Assembly: GCF_000940845.1 (NCBI RefSeq)
Contig: NZ_CP010341.1
Location: forward strand, 1,290,001-1,322,000
Length of the DNA: 32,000 bases
Reading direction: 5' to 3'
Source: Propionibacterium freudenreichii subsp. freudenreichii
GTDB lineage: Bacteria; Actinomycetota; Actinomycetes; Propionibacteriales; Propionibacteriaceae
Shown: in pieces, positions 28,470-32,000 of the stretch
Layout: each line of letters begins with the position of its first letter
Numbering within the stretch: the stretch's first letter is position 1
The notes under the pieces: model-generated
Databases searched by the model: none
Told to the model about the DNA's origin: nothing
What the model saw: only the letters and a program-made list of their open reading frames with translations
Program-made: the position numbers and the translations under genes

Positions 28470-29511
28470 ATGGGTCACGGTCCACCATTCTTCCAGAAAG
28501 CCGCCACGCCGGAGTGCAGGCGTTCGCCCGCGGACGACCGTGTGACGCGCTGGCCGTAGTGCAACCCGGGGCGCTAAGCTGTCGGACGGCCACCCCAAGG
28601 CGGCCATGCTCCCGTAGCTCAGGGGATAGAGCACCGCCCTCCGGAGGCGGGTGCGAGGGTTCGAATCCCTCCGGGAGCGCCGTGCCGGACCCGGGACGTG
28701 CAGCAAGTCCGGGCGACCCGGATCCCAGCCCGGAACCGAAGGGCTCCCCGCATGGTCCCCTGCTCGCCATGGGGCCCTGCCCGATCAGCACGAGCGCCCA
28801 CCCGATCAGCCTGGGCCGCCCGGTGAGGCTCATGCCCCCCGGCAGCTCATCGCGCACACCCGTGGCACGAGCCACCTCGTCGGGATGATCACGTGCCCAG
28901 TCGCGGGCCTTCGCCGACAGCGCCGAACCCGAGACGTGGCCAACGACCAGACCCACCAGGATGACCGCCACCAACAGGATCCAGCCAACCCGTGACATCC
29001 AATGGCTTGCCACCGAGCCGAGTGCCCACATGAGCGCGGTGGTGCCGCCCGCCCACGCCACTGCCCCGCAGATGTTGGCGATCAGGAACCGTCGATAGCT
29101 CATCCGTAGGCTCCCAGCGAGGGGGCCCGCGAACATCCGCAGCAGGGCGATGAACCGTCCGAAGAACACGGCCGTGACACCGAAGCGGTTGATCAGGTGT
29201 TCGGCGTAGGCAAGGCGCACCGCGGAGGCCTGTGCCGGAAAGCGACGACCCAACCAGCCGAACAGTCGCGGGCCGAGGCGCCGGCCCAGGGTGTACCCGA
29301 TGGAGTCGCCGATGATCGCCCCAACACTCGCGGCGATCCCGATGCCCCATGCGGAGAAGCCCGCGTCGGGATGGTGGGTGAGCAGGACCACCGAGATCAG
29401 GATCGTCTCACCGGGCAGCGGGACCCCAAGGCTCTCCAGTCCGACGACCAACCCGACGAGCACATAGGCCCAGCCGGCCGGAAGCCCGAAGAAGAATCCT
29501 GACAGGTCCAT
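28309..29511 (-). CDS. DedA/VTT-domain membrane protein with an anomalous, unterminated 3' extension
   Basis: ATG at the complement of 29509-29511 is preceded by GAGGGGTGGG. The DedA core is LESLGVPLPGETILISVVLL...GAIIGDSIGYTLGRRLG...FGRFIALLRMFAGPLAGSLRMSYRRFLIANICGAVAWA. The core plus tail with coding-like codon usage ends near 28759 (~250 aa), but the first in-frame stop is at 28309. See the findings. Confidence 0.7.
   Translation of the reverse strand: MDLSGFFFGLPAGWAYVLVGLVVGLESLGVPLPGETILISVVLLTHHPDAGFSAWGIGIAASVGAIIGDSIGYTLGRRLGPRLFGWLGRRFPAQASAVRLAYAEHLINRFGVTAVFFGRFIALLRMFAGPLAGSLRMSYRRFLIANICGAVAWAGGTTALMWALGSVASHWMSRVGWILLVAVILVGLVVGHVSGSALSAKARDWARDHPDEVARATGVRDELPGGMSLTGRPRLIGWALVLIGQGPMASRGPCGEPFGSGLGSGSPGLAARPGSGTALPEGFEPSHPPPEGGALSPELREHGRLGVAVRQLSAPGCTTASASHGRPRANACTPAWRLSGRMVDRDPYACCGRDSRRRLNPGAPVAHEAGRPQRTRPCPVEPQCLPGRARACRCGRNRRG
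28608..28679 (+). tRNA. tRNA-Arg (anticodon CCG)
   Basis: Hand-folded cloverleaf. The acceptor is gctcccg/cgggagc (7 bp, perfect). The D arm is gctc-aggggata-gagc. The anticodon arm is ccgcc-cuCCGga-ggcgg. The variable loop is gtgc, the T arm is gaggg-ttcgaat-ccctc, and the discriminator is G. No CCA is encoded. Confidence 0.85.
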
Positions 29512-29540
29512 CGCCCACCCCTCATCGCTGGCCAACCGCC

Positions 29541-29627
29541 AGTTGCCATCATGTCCCCACCGGTCGGAAAGCTGCCATCATGTCCCCACTGCCCGGCAAG
29601 TTGCCATCATGGCAACCGGGAACCGAC
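29541..29627. promoter_or_regulatory. Three direct repeats at exact 29-bp phasing; the third is a perfect 17-bp palindrome GTTGCCATCATGGCAAC (candidate operator array)
   Basis: G(T/C)TGCCATCATG starts at 29542, 29571 and 29600. Units 1 and 2 share TGCCATCATGTCCCCAC. Unit 3 (29600-29616) is an 8+1+8 perfect inverted repeat. The array lies 30-116 bp upstream of the dedA ATG, in the divergent dedA/GT87 spacer. Confidence 0.5.
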
Positions 29628-29733
29628 ATCGCACGCCTGTCCGCGGGCTGTGAGTGTGCGTGCCGAACCCACAGGGCGTGCGGTGGGATCCACTGGATGC
29701 TTTGATAGCCTTCTCGTCGCCGAAGGTCGGTGC

Positions 29734-31152
29734 ATGGGACCAAGTGGGGCGGACATGGCGGAATTGCCCGTGACGAGCGCGGGCGCGACCGCCGCCACAC
29801 CAGCACGCTTCTCCACGCGGATGTCGCGACAGTTCACCCTGTCATTCACCCGCGAAAGGCTGCGCTCGGCCAAGTTCTTGTTGTTCTTCTGGTTCGCCGC
29901 GCGATTCCTCATCCTGGCAACCTGGGCGTTCATCACCCCGGCCACCCAGGGCGACGTCGTGTACTACTACCAGAAGATCCAGGTGTTGTTCAGCGATGGT
30001 CCGGCCAACACCCTGCAGGAATATCCGACCCCTGTGATCTGGGTGTTGCTGATCCCCTATCTGATCGGCTTCGGCAATGAACACGGCTATGTCATTGCGT
30101 TCGTCTGCATGATGTTGGCCCTCGATGCACTGTTCTCGTGGTCGCTGTGGCACTCAGGTGGCTCCATGGGCGGGCAGGCGGTCGTCTTCTGGACACTGTT
30201 CCTGGCCATGGTGGGACCCACCGCCTTCCTGCGCTTCGACCTGATCACCTCGGTGTTGGCGGGCTGGTCGATCATCTTCCTGTTGCGACGCCACAGCGCA
30301 GTTGCCGGGGGCCTGACTGCGCTGGGGGCTTCGGTGAAACTCTGGCCGGCCCTGTTGTGGCCGGCGCTCCTACCGGGCCCGGCCAGGCAGAAGTTCCGGG
30401 CCACGGCGGGCTTCCTGCTGACCGGGCTGGCCATGGTGGGGCTGTCGCTGCTGTACGCGGGGTGGGACCGACTGCTGTCGCCCCTCACCTGGCAGCAGGG
30501 CCGTGGACTGCAGATCGAATCGGTGTGGGCGACCCTTCCGATGTTGGCCCGCACCGTCAACTCCGACAACTACGCCGTCACCCTGTCGCGGTACCAGGCC
30601 TTCGAGATCTGGGGCCCGGGGGTGAACACCCTGCTCAGCGCCTCGGACATCTTCTTCGCCGGCGGGCTTGCCGTGGCGGTCCTGGCCTATCTCGTGTGGC
30701 TGTGGCGCGGACACGGCCGCCTGATCGAGGCGGTCGTGCTGGTGCAGTTCGTGATCATCGTCATGATCGTGACGAACAAGACCTTTTCGCCCCAGTACAT
30801 GATGTGGCTCGGCGGCCCGCAGGCGGCGGCATTCGCCGTCCTTGGCACACGCAGCCACCATGTGGAGGAGTTCTACGTCGACCGCTCCCGGCTCAACACG
30901 CTGTCGATGTGGATCCTGGTGGCCACCTTCCTCACGCTGTTGGTCTATCCGATCAGCTATGACTTCCTGGTCAATGACTGGAATGTGCGCGACAGCCTGC
31001 TGAGGTTCCCGGCCACCCTGTTACTCGCCGCCCGCAACATCGTGGTGGTGATCGTCCTGATCGATGTCATCAGGTGGGTGTGGAGCTTCCTGAGGCCCCG
31101 GGCCGTGAAGGCCGTGCGACAACGCCGCCGTGGGGTCGAGGCCCCTCAGTGA
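29734..31152 (+). CDS. Polytopic GT-C-type membrane glycosyltransferase, GT87/DUF2029-like
   Basis: There are 10 or more hydrophobic segments. The first extracytoplasmic loop has GDVVYYY...LQEYPTPV, analogous to the GT87 D-x-x-Y...YPP pattern. VKLWPAL is also present. The start is uncertain: ATG 29734 (GAAGG 7 nt upstream), 29755 or 29821. The track start at 29551 lies inside the repeat array and is rejected. Confidence 0.6.
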   Translation: MGPSGADMAELPVTSAGATAATPARFSTRMSRQFTLSFTRERLRSAKFLLFFWFAARFLILATWAFITPATQGDVVYYYQKIQVLFSDGPANTLQEYPTPVIWVLLIPYLIGFGNEHGYVIAFVCMMLALDALFSWSLWHSGGSMGGQAVVFWTLFLAMVGPTAFLRFDLITSVLAGWSIIFLLRRHSAVAGGLTALGASVKLWPALLWPALLPGPARQKFRATAGFLLTGLAMVGLSLLYAGWDRLLSPLTWQQGRGLQIESVWATLPMLARTVNSDNYAVTLSRYQAFEIWGPGVNTLLSASDIFFAGGLAVAVLAYLVWLWRGHGRLIEAVVLVQFVIIVMIVTNKTFSPQYMMWLGGPQAAAFAVLGTRSHHVEEFYVDRSRLNTLSMWILVATFLTLLVYPISYDFLVNDWNVRDSLLRFPATLLLAARNIVVVIVLIDVIRWVWSFLRPRAVKAVRQRRRGVEAPQ

Positions 31153-31292
31153 GTCGCCAAGCACTTGACCGACGACCCGACTCCCGTCCACCCGCCAGCA
31201 TTCCGGTGACCCGGCCGGTGACAGCGAGTCGCCCGGAGACGGCGAGCGCCGGCGTCCGCCGGGGATGGCATCGCCGGTCCGGCATAGCGACC

Positions 31293-32000
31293 ATGCCACG
31301 TGTCCGCCCGAACGGCTGGTGGGCCGTGGTCGCCTGGATCGTGTCGCGATCCCTGATGGCGTGCCTGTTCATCAACCTGGGCAGTTACCTGCGCTCCGAT
31401 GTCATCTACTACTTCACCTCCGTGCAGGGCGCCAGTCCCATGCACCTGGCCGGGGTGCTGTCCGAGTATCCGGTACCGATCGTGTGGCTCATCCAGCTGC
31501 TGGCAGCGATCTCGGGGCCATCCGCCGATGTCTTCGTCTTCGTCTTCGCCGCAACGATGGGTGGGCTCGATGCCGCCTGTTGCCGATGGTTGTGGCGGCA
31601 CTCACCACGCGCCTGCAGCTTGTGGATCGCCTTCACCTTCCTGATCGGCCCGCTCATCTGGTTCCGCATCGACCTGGTGCCGGCCGCGTTGGTCCTGGCC
31701 GCGCTGACCATGACAACGCGGCGCCCGGCATGGTCCGGGGCGGCCGTCGCGCTGGGCGCGGCGACGAAGCTGTGGCCGGCACTGCTGATCGTTCCCCTGG
31801 CCGGCACGCGACGCAGCGCACGACGCCGCGCAGGCGGATTCCTGCTCGTGGGCGCACTGATCGGCACGGCCGTCGTGGTCAGTCAGGGTTTGGCCCGTTC
31901 GGCCTCTCCCCTCACCTGGCAGGCGACCCGGGGCCTGCAGATCGAGTCGGTGTGGGCGACGCTGCCGATGGTGCAACGGCTGGTGTCGCCCGATGACAGC
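31293..32000 (+). CDS. Second GT87/DUF2029-like membrane glycosyltransferase, paralogue of the preceding gene (3' end beyond the window)
   Basis: Not in the ORF track because there is no stop in the window. Hand translation from ATG 31293 gives MPRVRPNGWWAVVAWIVSRSLMACLFINLGSYLRSDVIYYFTSVQGASPMHLAGVLSEYPVPIVWLIQ...GAATKLWPALLIVPLAG...SPLTWQATRGLQIESVWATLPMVQR. It aligns block for block with the upstream gene (SPLTWQQGRGLQIESVWATLPMLAR). Confidence 0.6.
   Translation, partial: MPRVRPNGWWAVVAWIVSRSLMACLFINLGSYLRSDVIYYFTSVQGASPMHLAGVLSEYPVPIVWLIQLLAAISGPSADVFVFVFAATMGGLDAACCRWLWRHSPRACSLWIAFTFLIGPLIWFRIDLVPAALVLAALTMTTRRPAWSGAAVALGAATKLWPALLIVPLAGTRRSARRRAGGFLLVGALIGTAVVVSQGLARSASPLTWQATRGLQIESVWATLPMVQRLVSPDDS

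Noticed and set aside
28470-28706. Upstream extension of the lysA track ORF (543 aa)
   Set aside because: It translates straight across the tRNA-Arg gene; the string DSNPRTRLRRAVLYPLSYG is the classic tRNA read-through peptide. LysA homology starts near MHVAGAIHADV (ATG 28469).
28608-28900. tRNA-Arg as an integration site for a genomic island
   Set aside because: There is no integrase, no repeat of the tRNA 3' half that I could spot downstream, and the flanking genes (DedA, GT87-like, lysA) have normal composition.
29541-29627. The 29-bp repeats as a mini CRISPR array
   Set aside because: The units are contiguous, with no unique spacers between them. There are only three copies, they diverge in their 3' halves, and no cas genes are nearby.
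29551-29733. Track start (ATG 29551) of the 533-aa GT87-like ORF
   Set aside because: That ATG is part of the repeated CATCATG motif in the intergenic repeat array. The first ~60 codons are Cys/Pro/His-rich and non-hydrophobic. Better starts with RBS-like sequence are at 29734 and 29755.
31265-31996. 243-aa plus-strand track ORF
   Set aside because: It is in the wrong frame and gives an Arg-rich product. The adjacent frame from ATG 31293 gives a polytopic membrane protein paralogous to the upstream gene and stays open to the window edge.

Overview
This is a high-GC actinobacterial core-chromosome window, probably Propionibacteriaceae. The 148-aa methylmalonyl-CoA epimerase matches my memory of the Propionibacterium freudenreichii/shermanii enzyme; that is recollection, not a search. 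Gene order follows the conserved actinobacterial block known from M. tuberculosis Rv1293-Rv1324. On the minus strand: lysA-hom-(thrH)-rho-rpmE-prfA-prmC-tsaC-wecA-atpI/atpZ-atpBEFHAGDC-DUF2550-lplA. On the plus strand: a ybbN-like thioredoxin/TPR protein, mce, a PlsC-like acyltransferase, a DivIVA-like coiled-coil protein, a small Zn-ribbon protein, an alpha/beta hydrolase and a PduO-type adenosyltransferase. nucS and pgm lie on the minus strand. The right end holds tRNA-Arg(CCG), a DedA membrane protein and two tandem GT87-like membrane glycosyltransferase paralogues. I see no defence system, mobile element, CRISPR array or convincing novel multi-gene system; this is an ordinary housekeeping region. 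Two real genes are missing from the ORF track because they run off the window edges: pgm (1..1631, minus) and the second GT87-like gene (31293..32000, plus). Many long track ORFs are high-GC antisense or wrong-frame artefacts, or false N-terminal extensions. The main oddities are these. (1) The DedA ORF has no stop until it has crossed tRNA-Arg antisense and run 161 nt into lysA. (2) Three 29-bp-phased repeats, one a perfect 17-bp palindrome, sit in the dedA/GT87 divergent control region. (3) thrH sits where thrC-thrB normally sit. (4) Rho carries an R/N/S/D-rich insertion with 15-bp tandem repeats, behind a long structured leader. (5) The DivIVA-like gene has 87-bp in-frame tandem repeats. 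(6) The LplA is circularly permuted.
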